A stretch of 62,837 nucleotides of DNA, counting the filler, from Candidatus Tectimicrobiota bacterium (GTDB taxonomy: Bacteria > JACPSX01): NCBI GenBank assembly GCA_016193065.1. It is 6 parts of 6 records of this genome, joined end to end, with 100 filler letters (N's around TTAATTAATTAA, not from the genome) between each part and the next. Parts side by side here need not be neighbours in the genome. Positions count along the whole stretch, not along the records: positions 32,164 to 43,577 come from JACPSX010000240.1; positions 43,678 to 50,943 come from JACPSX010000174.1; 4 more parts are not named here. One strand, written 5' to 3'. How positions within the stretch are numbered: the first letter of the stretch is position 1; the number at the start of each line of letters is the position of its first letter. Positions 40,386 to 48,705 of this stretch are shown piece by piece. Under the pieces are notes generated by a model that saw nothing but the letters and a program-made list of their open reading frames with translations, had not been told where the DNA came from and did not search any database. A program made the position numbers and the translations under genes.

Positions 40386-40427
40386 AGCACGACGAAACGG
40401 ATCCGGAGAGACCTGGAGGTCTGGGCG

Positions 40428-40739
40428 ATGCTCAAGGACACGGAAGGGGCGAAATACATCCGGATCACTTGCCACTCCCACCTGCACGATTTGATTGTCC
40501 AAATCCTGGATAATTTCGGTGAGAGCGAATATACGACGTGCTCCCGGGTCTGCGGCACCGATGCCGACGGCAGGCACTTCGGCACGGCTGTGTGGCCCGG
40601 CAACGAGGAGGTTTTTTCGATCCTGGTGTCTGGCGCATTGGCCCGTCCTCTGTTCGACAAGCTGGTGGAATTCAAGAAAAGCGACCCGGCCTATGCCAAC
40701 ATGAGGATTGCCGTGATTCCTGTGGAACGATGTGGTTGA
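40428..40739 (+). CDS. P-II-like small protein
   Basis: YT..SRVCG...HFGTAVWPG and VIPVE; P-II size; GGAGG RBS. Confidence 0.6.
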   Translation: MLKDTEGAKYIRITCHSHLHDLIVQILDNFGESEYTTCSRVCGTDADGRHFGTAVWPGNEEVFSILVSGALARPLFDKLVEFKKSDPAYANMRIAVIPVERCG

Positions 40740-40758
40740 TGTAGGGACGAAGTAACCG

Positions 40759-41847
40759 ATGCACTCTCCTCCCTTAAAACTCGTCTTCTGGGAAAGCACA
40801 GTGGGCTGCAATCTGGAATGCCGGCACTGCCGGCGGCTGGAGGTCAGCAAGACCCTGGCTCGCAGCGATCTGACCACCCAGGAGGCCTTCGCGTTCGTTG
40901 AATCCCTGTCCGAGATGGGGCGCCCCATCCTGGTCCTGAGCGGGGGCGAGCCCCTGTTCCGTCCCGACATTTTCGAAATTGCCCGCTATGGGGGGCGACG
41001 GGGGATTCCCGTGGCTCTGGCCACGAACGGAACCCTCGTGGACCGGCAAACCGCAGGCCAGGTGCGGGCCGCGGGGATTCGCCGAGTTTCCGTGAGCCTG
41101 GACGGGGCGGACGCCGAAACCCACGACCGTTTTCGGGGGATTCCGGGGTCCTTCGATGCGGCGCTAAGAGGGATTCAGGAGCTACGCGGGGAAGGAATCA
41201 GCGTACAGATCAACAGCACCGTGGCCCGCCACAACGTGGAGCAGAGGGAGGACCTGTACCGTCTCTGCGTGGGTTTGGGGGCCGATGCCCTGCACATTTT
41301 CATGCTGGTGCCGGTGGGCTGCGGCGTGGAAATTGCCGATGACCAGATGCTCTCCCCGGAGAAGTACGAGGAGGTTCTCCTGTGGCTCTACCGGAAGAGC
41401 CGGGAGAAGGTTCTGCACACGCGGGCCACTTGCGCCCCTCATTATTTCCGCATCCTCAGGGAGCAGGCCCGGGAAGAAGGGCGCCGCCTTGATCTGCCGC
41501 GCCAGGGCATGGAAGCCATGACGAAAGGGTGCCTGGCGGGCTCCGGAGTCTGCTTTGTCTCCCACAAGGGGGAGGTCTTCCCCTGCGGCTATCTGCCGGT
41601 GACGGCGGGCAATATCCGGACCCAGCGCCTGCGGGAGATCTGGGAGCATTCCGCGGTGTTTGACCGGTTGCGCCACCCGGAGCTCTTGCAGGGGAAGTGC
41701 GGTTTGTGCGAGTATATCAAAGTCTGTATGGGGTGCCGGGCGCGGGCCTTCTCAGAGACCGGAGACTACATGGCGGAAGAGCCCTACTGCATCTACACGC
41801 CGAAGGTCCAGAGAGAGACGGACTTGTCCTCTTTGCCGGAGTATTGA
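40759..41847 (+). CDS. Radical SAM/SPASM protein, AhbD/NirJ-like (heme biosynthesis)
   Basis: WESTVGCNLECRHC, LSGGEP, LVPVGCG, TCAPHY, KGCLAG, CGLCEY...CMGCRARA. Confidence 0.8.
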   Translation: MHSPPLKLVFWESTVGCNLECRHCRRLEVSKTLARSDLTTQEAFAFVESLSEMGRPILVLSGGEPLFRPDIFEIARYGGRRGIPVALATNGTLVDRQTAGQVRAAGIRRVSVSLDGADAETHDRFRGIPGSFDAALRGIQELRGEGISVQINSTVARHNVEQREDLYRLCVGLGADALHIFMLVPVGCGVEIADDQMLSPEKYEEVLLWLYRKSREKVLHTRATCAPHYFRILREQAREEGRRLDLPRQGMEAMTKGCLAGSGVCFVSHKGEVFPCGYLPVTAGNIRTQRLREIWEHSAVFDRLRHPELLQGKCGLCEYIKVCMGCRARAFSETGDYMAEEPYCIYTPKVQRETDLSSLPEY

Positions 41848-41947
41848 GAAGGTTGGGTCTCGAAAGGAGGTGAAAGAGAACCGGAGACCTTGAGCAAACG
41901 GGGTCGGGAGGGGAACTGACCTTAATGCTGAAAAGGAGAACGGGGGC

Positions 41948-42979
41948 ATGAAAAAGCGGTTTGTACTTTTTGCCGTCTTGTTGGTCTTTGCGGCCCTCTC
42001 GATGTGGAAGGTGGGAGGGTACGCCCAGGACTCAGGTGTCCTGACCGCCAAGAAAGTTGCCAAAGGGCCGGTGCTGGACGGAAAAGTGGATGCGCTCTGG
42101 AACCAGGCCAAGGCGATCAAGATTCCTGTGTCCGCGGGTGCCAATTTCCCTCCGAATGGCAGCACCACAGTGACCTTGAAGGCTGTTTACACGGACACGG
42201 ATGTTTACTTCCTGGCCCAATGGGGCGACAAGACCCGCAGCTACCAGCGCTCCCCCTGGAAGAAGCAGGCCGATGGCTCCTGGGCGAAGCTTAAGGACCC
42301 CAACGACAAGGGGGGGGACAACAACAAGGTCTACGAAGATAAGTTGTCCGTGATCTGGAACGTCAGCGCCCCGGCGTTTGAATCCGCGGGGTGCATGGCC
42401 GCCTGCCACGCCGGGGAGGCCGGGAAGCCTTACGGGAACATGTACACGGCGAATCCGGGGGAGCTGGGAGACATGTGGCACTGGAAGGCGGTGCGCACGA
42501 ACCCCGTGGGGCAGATCGATGATCAGTACCTGGATAACACTCCATACGACAAGGACAAGTCCCCGAATGCCGGGAGAAAGACCGACCCCAAGACGGGGGG
42601 CGGATACGTCGATAACCAGACCGACGACAAGAAGATGCCCAAATTCGCTGCCAAGGGGAACAAGCCCGCTCCTCCGTACTGGATTCTGGACAAGGACAAG
42701 GAGCCCTTTGACGACTCCAAGTACAAGGCGGGGAATGAAGTCGCCGGGATCATGGTCGCTCCATTTGAGGGCGATCGTGGGGACATCAGCGCCAGGGCTT
42801 CCTGGAGCAAAGGGGTGTGGACTCTGGAGATCTCCCGCAAGCTGAAGACCGGCAGCAAGTATGACGTCCAGTTTGATGACCTGAGCAAGCAGTATGCGTT
42901 TGGCGTGGCCGCGTTCGATAACGCTTCGGTCCGCCATGCCTTTGCCGGCGGTCCGAGCAAACTGGCCTTCGGCAAGTAA
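41948..42979 (+). CDS. Exported ethylbenzene-dehydrogenase-gamma-like (DOMON heme-binding) protein
   Basis: Signal peptide, PVLDG..D..W, YEDK, DMWHWKAVRT, WTLEISRKL; CMAACH motif. Confidence 0.75.
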   Translation: MKKRFVLFAVLLVFAALSMWKVGGYAQDSGVLTAKKVAKGPVLDGKVDALWNQAKAIKIPVSAGANFPPNGSTTVTLKAVYTDTDVYFLAQWGDKTRSYQRSPWKKQADGSWAKLKDPNDKGGDNNKVYEDKLSVIWNVSAPAFESAGCMAACHAGEAGKPYGNMYTANPGELGDMWHWKAVRTNPVGQIDDQYLDNTPYDKDKSPNAGRKTDPKTGGGYVDNQTDDKKMPKFAAKGNKPAPPYWILDKDKEPFDDSKYKAGNEVAGIMVAPFEGDRGDISARASWSKGVWTLEISRKLKTGSKYDVQFDDLSKQYAFGVAAFDNASVRHAFAGGPSKLAFGK

Positions 42980-43129
42980 TTTCCCGGGCCGGCCCCCTGG
43001 ACTGCCGGATTGTTTGCGGAGTGGAGAACAGAGAATTCGCGGCAAGCAATTGAGCGCAAACTCGTCGGTTGTCCGGGGGGCTATGCCCGGTGAAGTCGAT
43101 CCTCATGCTCCTCCTGCGGCCTTGACCTT

Positions 43130-43577
43130 ATGAGCAGCCTGATCCTGCGCAAGCTAGTCCTGGCCTTTTTGCTGGTCGTCCTCCCGGAAGCTCTCATCCT
43201 GGGTGGGGTGAGCTTTTACGCCCAAAGGGAGCTCGTCAACATTGCCCGCCAGCTTGAGGAAATCAGCCGCTCCCTGGAAGCCACCCGCGCTTTGAATCTC
43301 TCCTTGGCCGAGCTCTCGGATCCGATCAATAGCTACCTTCTCCAGGCGGACCCGGGGGCCGAGGTCCACTTTGCCCTTCTCATGCAGGGCGTACAAAACC
43401 AGTTGCAAAGCTGTGGTACGGCCCTTTGCCACGAGGCCAGCAAACGGCCCGGGGAGATGGTCAACGTCATCTCTCCCGACATTGCCCGGGTGAAGAAATT
43501 GGCCGATGAACTTTTTTCTCTGTCCGATCCCCTGCGCAGTCCCGATGGGATCGAAATTATGACGCGGATTATGCGCG
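43130..43577 (+). CDS. Membrane sensor protein (probable histidine kinase), N-terminal part
   Basis: LRKLVLAF plus TM helix, then helical periplasmic region; cut by contig end. Confidence 0.55.
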
Positions 43578-43677
43578 NNNNNNNNNNNNNNNNNNNNNNN
43601 NNNNNNNNNNNNNNNNNNNNNTTAATTAATTAANNNNNNNNNNNNNNNNNNNNNNNNNNNNNNNNNNNNNNNNNNNN
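43578..43677. other. Artificial contig spacer
   Basis: N-TTAATTAATTAA-N. Confidence 0.99.
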
Positions 43678-43952
43678 CCCCCTCACCCTCGGCTTCGCCT
43701 CCACCCTCTCCCAAGAGGAGCGGGAGAACTTATTTTGAATTTCCTTCTCCACTTGGGAGAAGGTGCCCCGAAGGGGCGGATGAGGGGCTAGATCACCTAG
43801 AATATTTTTCATCTCACTCCCCTATCGGATCCCGGCCAGCTTGCCGCGAAACGAGGGCCATGCTGCGATTCCCCCTCCTGCAGCGACAATGAGGACCAGC
43901 AGCCCCCACACCATTTTTCGCAGAGGCAAAGACACTTTGGGAGGAGGTCCCT

Positions 43953-44852
43953 TCACCGCTGCCGTTCCCATGTTGTCCCTCCATCGGTGCTCCGGAAAAT
44001 GACCCCGCTGGCGGTCGAAGCGTAAACCCCGCTGGGCTGCTTCGGGTTCACCGCTACTGCGGCCAGATTTTTGAGTCCTTTCCCCACAGGCTTCCATTTC
44101 TCACCGGCATCTACGTTTTTAAAGAGCCCATCCCGCATCGCGGCGTACATGACCTTAGGATCTGCCGGGTTCACCGCAAAGCCGTTCACCGTCCGGTTGG
44201 CAGGCAGACCGCCCACCGCTTTCCACCCTCAGAAGCAATCCGGGTTGCGTTGGAGACCCTCGGCGGTACCCGCATAGAGGTAGATCCCGCCCATCCCCGT
44301 CGGGATGTTGACCGAGGTGAGGACCTTGATCTCTCCTTCTGGACCGTCATCCACGCGGGTCCACTTGCCGCCGCTCTCTGTGGTCCGGTAGATTCCAGCC
44401 CCTTTCTCCCGGACCGCCGCGTGCAGTTTCATGGGGGCATTGGGATCCAGTGCGAGGCCGTGGACATCAAGCCCCCCGAGGCCGGAGTTTATCTCGGCCC
44501 AGATTGCTCCACCGTCTCGGCTCCTCAGGACGCCTGCTTCATGGGTCCCTACGTAGATAGTCCGCGGATCCTTTGGATCCACGGCGATGGTCATCACATC
44601 CAGGTTGGCGTGTTTCATGGACACCGGGACCCGCTGCCAGGTTTTCCCCCGATTCTCGCTTCTAAAGAGGCCGGTGTGTGCTCCCAGAAAGAGAGTTTTC
44701 CCCTCTGAATCCATGACCAGGGCATGGACATGCTGGAACATGTCGCCCACCTTCTTGGAAGACCCAGCGCCCGCCGCTGAGACGGGCAGGGTTCCTGAGA
44801 GGAGAACCGCGAAGACCAAGAATGCTGGAAAGGCCCATAGGTGCTTGTGCAT
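43953..44852 (-). CDS. Exported BNR/YCF48-like beta-propeller protein with in-frame UGA (probable selenocysteine, C-F-U), 299 aa
   Basis: The two listed ORFs are in frame across a single TGA at 44229-44231; SxDGGxTW BNR repeats on both sides; SECIS-like hairpin. Confidence 0.75.
44199..44217 (-). promoter_or_regulatory. Bacterial SECIS-like hairpin
   Basis: GGUGGGC-GGUCU-GCCUGCC starting 11 nt after the UGA. Confidence 0.7.
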
Positions 44853-44919
44853 CTTGAGTTGCTCCTATTCTGGAGTAATTGGAATGCTATCGGGTCGCTT
44901 GAAGTGGTGAGGAACCTGC

Positions 44920-45252
44920 TCAGACAGTAGGAGGTGCCCGGTCGCGAAGAGAGCTCCAGGTCCAGACAAGAGTTGGAAGGGATCGATAATCAGAGGAAAG
45001 GAGACCCAACGGCACGTTAAGATTGAGTGCCGGGCTGGAGCCGCTAGCAAGGAATAGGGCCGGCGCATCATGATGACTCGCACCCTGAGGGCATAAGGCT
45101 TTAAACGCTTGCGAGGTTTGGCAGGACTCGTCGGAGAACCAGGTCCAGGTGGCCGCCGATACTCCGCAGAGAGGAACTGCAAAGGCAAGGATTACTGCCA
45201 GCAGTGACCAGCGAACTGTCTGAAAGCCTGGGCGGAACAACGATGGATTCAT
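44920..45252 (-). CDS. Signal-peptide leader protein ending in RAPP (DUF2946/CruR/CutF-like)
   Basis: GGGGAGG RBS, hydrophobic N-terminus, Cys/His residues, C-terminal RDRAPPTV*. Confidence 0.6.
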   Translation of the reverse strand: MNPSLFRPGFQTVRWSLLAVILAFAVPLCGVSAATWTWFSDESCQTSQAFKALCPQGASHHDAPALFLASGSSPALNLNVPLGLLSSDYRSLPTLVWTWSSLRDRAPPTV

Positions 45253-45306
45253 GCCTCCCCACATTACCGGGAAAAGCGCAAGTGGTCAAGGGCGCTGATT
45301 TTGGTC

Positions 45307-45338
45307 TTGACTTTACTGTCCACTGGAAAGTTTATATT
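45307..45338 (+). promoter_or_regulatory. MerR-type promoter with dyad operator
   Basis: TTGACT-20 nt-TATATT containing ACTTTACTGT-CC-ACTGGAAAGT. Confidence 0.8.
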
Positions 45339-45356
45339 GTTGAGGGAAGGGAGGTG

Positions 45357-45551
45357 ATGGCCATGGAGGTGAAGCAGAAGGTTTCCCTGTGTCCGGAATG
45401 CGATGCCTGCCCGGAGGTGGAAGTCCTCCACGAGGGGCGCAGGCCCGTGGCGGTCCGGATCGGGGAGGGCGGTGAGCAGATCACCCTTCCTATAGGGGCG
45501 TGGAACACCCTCGTACGGTACGTCAGGGAAGGGATCTTGAACACCTTGTAA
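45357..45551 (+). CDS. Small CxxCxxC protein (putative metal binding)
   Basis: GGGAGGTG RBS; LCPECDACPEVEV. Confidence 0.7.
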   Translation: MAMEVKQKVSLCPECDACPEVEVLHEGRRPVAVRIGEGGEQITLPIGAWNTLVRYVREGILNTL

Positions 45552-45557
45552 CTGAAT

Positions 45558-45590
45558 AGAGGGGGCCGGCTCTTCAGCCTGGCCCCCTCT
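45558..45590 (+). terminator. Hairpin/terminator
   Basis: AGAGGGGGCC...GGCCCCCTCT followed by TATTT. Confidence 0.55.
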
Positions 45591-45606
45591 TATTTAGGAG
45601 CATCCG

Positions 45607-46044
45607 ATGGCAGAGGGTGGATTCTTTATCGGCGTGGTGGCTGCACGGGCGGGAACCAACCCGAAAACAATCCGCTACTATGAAACGATCGGGCTTTTGC
45701 CCAATCCCCGACGAGGCGAAAACCGATACCGGCTCTACTCGCAGGACGTGGTCGAGCTGCTCGCGTTCATCAAGAAGGCACAGGAGTTCGGTTTTACGCT
45801 GTCCGAGATCAAGGAAATCGTTGCCCTCCGACGAATGGGCCGCGAGCCCTGCGTCCACGTGCGGGCTCTGCTGGAACGGAAGATCAGCGATCTCGAGCAG
45901 ATGCTTGACGATCTGGTCACATTGAAGGAGAACTTGAAACGCCTGTTGGCCCGTTCCCAAAAGCGGGAGAAGCGGCGGAGGATCAAAGCGGTCATCTGTC
46001 CTCATATCGAAGGCATTTCCCCGGAGCCAAAGCGGCAAGGTTGA
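45607..46044 (+). CDS. MerR-family heavy-metal-responsive regulator
   Basis: IGVVA..AGT..KTIRYYE..GLL, GFTLSEI, PCVHV, ICPHIE. Confidence 0.92.
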   Translation: MAEGGFFIGVVAARAGTNPKTIRYYETIGLLPNPRRGENRYRLYSQDVVELLAFIKKAQEFGFTLSEIKEIVALRRMGREPCVHVRALLERKISDLEQMLDDLVTLKENLKRLLARSQKREKRRRIKAVICPHIEGISPEPKRQG

Positions 46045-46050
46045 GTGAGG

Positions 46051-46509
46051 TCAGGGAATCCTAGGGGATTCAGAAGGAAGATGGAAGAGGTGGCTCAAGC
46101 AGCCGCGGCGGCAGTCACCGCAGCCGAACCGGGGTGCGATGACCCGGGCATCCGGAAGACACTGAACCCGGAGGTTCAGGGTGCATTCGCGGCGCCGCCT
46201 GCCGGGGAACAAGAGCACGCGGTTGATGTGTGCCCAGGGGGCTGCCAGGAGATAATCAATGTGCCAGTAGGGGATTTTGTGATCCGACAGGTGGCGGCTC
46301 ACCCGCCCCTTCAAGCCTGCCAGAGCGCTCCCTGTGTAGACGTAAGTTCCCGCCGGAAAGAGGAACTCCCCCAGGCGACTTACGGCGATGTGGCACGGGG
46401 AGTTCACCTGAATCAGGAGCTGGTAGCAACCCGGACCCGATGCGGCTTCAGGCCATGGAGAGCTTCCTCGTTCGGGGAAAAGTTCCAGAACCATGATCTC
46501 TCCTTGCAC
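46051..46509 (-). CDS. GIY-YIG/Uri-superfamily nuclease (DUF123)
   Basis: GTYVYTGSA, RVSRH, WHIDYL, FGCGDC..C.SHL. Confidence 0.8.
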   Translation of the reverse strand: MQGEIMVLELFPERGSSPWPEAASGPGCYQLLIQVNSPCHIAVSRLGEFLFPAGTYVYTGSALAGLKGRVSRHLSDHKIPYWHIDYLLAAPWAHINRVLLFPGRRRRECTLNLRVQCLPDARVIAPRFGCGDCRRGCLSHLFHLPSESPRIP

Positions 46510-46538
46510 TTGCGTGAGATTATAATGGATTCTGAATT

Positions 46539-46554
46539 TGGTATGCGCTTTGCT
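46539..46554 (+). promoter_or_regulatory. Sigma54 promoter
   Basis: TGGTATGCGCTTTGCT = GG-N10-GC upstream of the Spy/ZraP-like gene. Confidence 0.65.
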
Positions 46555-46620
46555 TAGTAGCAGATCTGGTTGGTTTTTTGGGCAGCCCGTTTAACCGTTG
46601 AGGATGGAGGAAGGAAACGA

Positions 46621-47730
46621 ATGAGACAGAAACGTTGGCTTATGGGCTTTCTTACTTTGGCTTTGGTTTTGGCATGGAGCCTGGACTCCTGGGCACAGCC
46701 CCGCGGCGGCCAGCGGGGGGAGAAGAGTCCGGGTCAGGGAATGATGGGCCCGGGAGGAGGCATGATGGGGCAGGGCGGAATGGGAGGGATGATGGGCTCT
46801 CCCGGCGGCGAGATGATGGGCCCGGAGGGTGCCGGGAGGACATTGGGTCCGGAATCTCCCTGGATCTCGATCATCCTCAGGTTCCGCAATGAGTTGCAAC
46901 TGACCAAAGAGCAGGTTTCTTCCCTGGAAAAACTCCGCTTTGAGTTTGAGCGCCAGGCGACCAAGCTGCAGGCCGATCTCCGTCTTGCGGAGTTAGATCT
47001 AAACCAGCTTCTTTCTCAAGAGACTGTGAGTCTCCCTCAGGCCAAGACCAAAATTGAGGAAGAGGCGAGGATCAGCGCGGAGCTGCGCTACCGGCGATTG
47101 GAAGCCATCACCCAGGGTCGCAGCGCACTCACTGCGGAACAGAGAGACAAGTTACAGTCTCTGGTGAGCCGGAGCCCGCAAGCTCCGGGAGGGCGCAGCC
47201 CGCAAGGAGCGCCGCCCAGCAAAGGAATGCCCCGGAAGGGGTCTGGTGGAATGATGGGTCCCGGAGGCGGGGGGATGATGGGCCCGGGAAGCATGCTGGG
47301 CCCCGGGAATGATGCGATCTCCAGCGCAGGGGAGATTCGGAAAGTTGCGGCTACATCGACCTCTTTGGCACAGGTAGATCAGCGAGATTCCGTAACCGTG
47401 GAGGTGACCCCGGTCACTCCACCGGTCCAGGGGAAGATCAAGTTCAAGGTGGTCCTGGATACCCACTCGGTGTCCCTGGATGACTACAAGCTGGAGACGC
47501 TTGCGACCTTGCGGTCTGGTGGCGGCGAGGCGGTCAAAGCCCTGGCCTTGGAATCAGGGGAGGGGAGTGGGCATCATCGCTCGGGCGTCCTGGTCTTCCC
47601 CGACAAGGATTCCAAGGGCAAATCTCTACTGAATTCGGCCAACAAGAGTCTAGAGCTTCTGATCAAGAACGTGGGCGGGAATTCCACTCGAATCTTCCGC
47701 TGGAACTTGCCTCTTCCAAAATCCTCCTGA
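46621..47730 (+). CDS. Periplasmic Spy/CpxP/ZraP-like protein with Gly/Met-rich tracts and His-containing C-terminal domain
   Basis: Signal peptide, GMMGPG repeats, LQLTKEQ and LTAEQR (LTxxQ) motifs, DTHSV, GHHRSG. Confidence 0.8.
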   Translation: MRQKRWLMGFLTLALVLAWSLDSWAQPRGGQRGEKSPGQGMMGPGGGMMGQGGMGGMMGSPGGEMMGPEGAGRTLGPESPWISIILRFRNELQLTKEQVSSLEKLRFEFERQATKLQADLRLAELDLNQLLSQETVSLPQAKTKIEEEARISAELRYRRLEAITQGRSALTAEQRDKLQSLVSRSPQAPGGRSPQGAPPSKGMPRKGSGGMMGPGGGGMMGPGSMLGPGNDAISSAGEIRKVAATSTSLAQVDQRDSVTVEVTPVTPPVQGKIKFKVVLDTHSVSLDDYKLETLATLRSGGGEAVKALALESGEGSGHHRSGVLVFPDKDSKGKSLLNSANKSLELLIKNVGGNSTRIFRWNLPLPKSS

Positions 47731-47932
47731 GAATGACCCCCCCGGGGGATGGGGCTTGCCTGTTAGAAGCCAGGCCCCATCCCTCTTGCCAAATTGTCAC
47801 ACCAGGCGGCTCGATCACCTTCTCTTTTGCCACATTGTCATCAGCCCCTGAAAAATCCTGAATCCCGCTGATTACCACAGGAAAACTCCCATATCATCAA
47901 TGGGATCCATCCTCCCCTGAAAAGTCCGGATT

Positions 47933-47948
47933 TGGCATTTTGCTTGCT
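47933..47948 (+). promoter_or_regulatory. Sigma54 promoter
   Basis: TGGCATTTTGCTTGCT, close to consensus. Confidence 0.7.
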
Positions 47949-47997
47949 TATCTCAAGGGCAAATGCGTCTTGAGAGGAGAGGCTCAAGGAGGTCAGC

Positions 47998-48183
47998 ATG
48001 TGGGAATTCCTGAAAGATAACGGACTGTGGATTGCGCTTGTGGGCGTGTTCGTCGTGATGCACCTCTTTGGCGCAGGGTGCTGCGGGGGGCATCGGAAGC
48101 GCTCGGAGACGGAGGGCAAAGAGGATCCTCCGGGGACTAAAGAGGGAGCGCCCCAGGTAGGCAAAACGGGAAGCTGCCACTAG
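47998..48183 (+). CDS. Small membrane protein, DUF2933-like
   Basis: AAGGAGG RBS; TM helix, MHLFGAGCCGGH, C-terminal SCH. Confidence 0.7.
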   Translation: MWEFLKDNGLWIALVGVFVVMHLFGAGCCGGHRKRSETEGKEDPPGTKEGAPQVGKTGSCH

Positions 48184-48322
48184 CAGGCCACTGAAAAACC
48201 GGGTACCCGTCCTGGGTGTGCGTTGTTGGCTGCGTTGCTCGTCGTTGCGGCGTACCTAACCACGTACGCCTCACTCCTCGCTCCTTGCCGCCTAGCATCC
48301 GGGACGTTTTTGAGCAGCCTGC
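48183..48322. mobile_element. MITE-like element
   Basis: Imperfect terminal inverted repeats GCAGGCCACTGAAAAAC / GTTTTTGAGCAGCCTGC, related to 55095-55268. Confidence 0.55.
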
Positions 48323-48455
48323 GGTTCACAGGATTTTTTGACTTCTCATTAGATCGGGGCGCAAGCGGTTCGAGAACGCTGAGGAATCCGAGATCCTCGG
48401 TGGGGAGCTCCTCAGCGTTCCGGCTCCCGCCGGCTGCTGTGCCCCGGAGACTCTC

Positions 48456-48701
48456 ATGCAGCGCACGATTCTCCTGCCCGGAATACTGGTTGTGGGTCTT
48501 CTTCTTGTCTGGGTTTGGGTCCAGGCCTGGCTGGGGGAATCGATCTGGGACCTGAAGTTTGCTGAGGCCTACACGGTGGATCCTCCTAAGCTCCAGGCTC
48601 TGCAAACCGTTGAGGCAGACCCGGGACCGCTGCTCACCCTGATCGAGCTTGTAAATGGGTTGGAGTTGGAGCTGACCGGCCAGTCGGGCCACAGTCATTA
48701 G
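48456..48701 (+). CDS. Small membrane-anchored hypothetical protein
   Basis: GGAGA RBS, N-terminal TM, C-terminal GHSH; 4 nt before the next gene. Confidence 0.55.
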   Translation: MQRTILLPGILVVGLLLVWVWVQAWLGESIWDLKFAEAYTVDPPKLQALQTVEADPGPLLTLIELVNGLELELTGQSGHSH

Positions 48702-48705
48702 CCTC

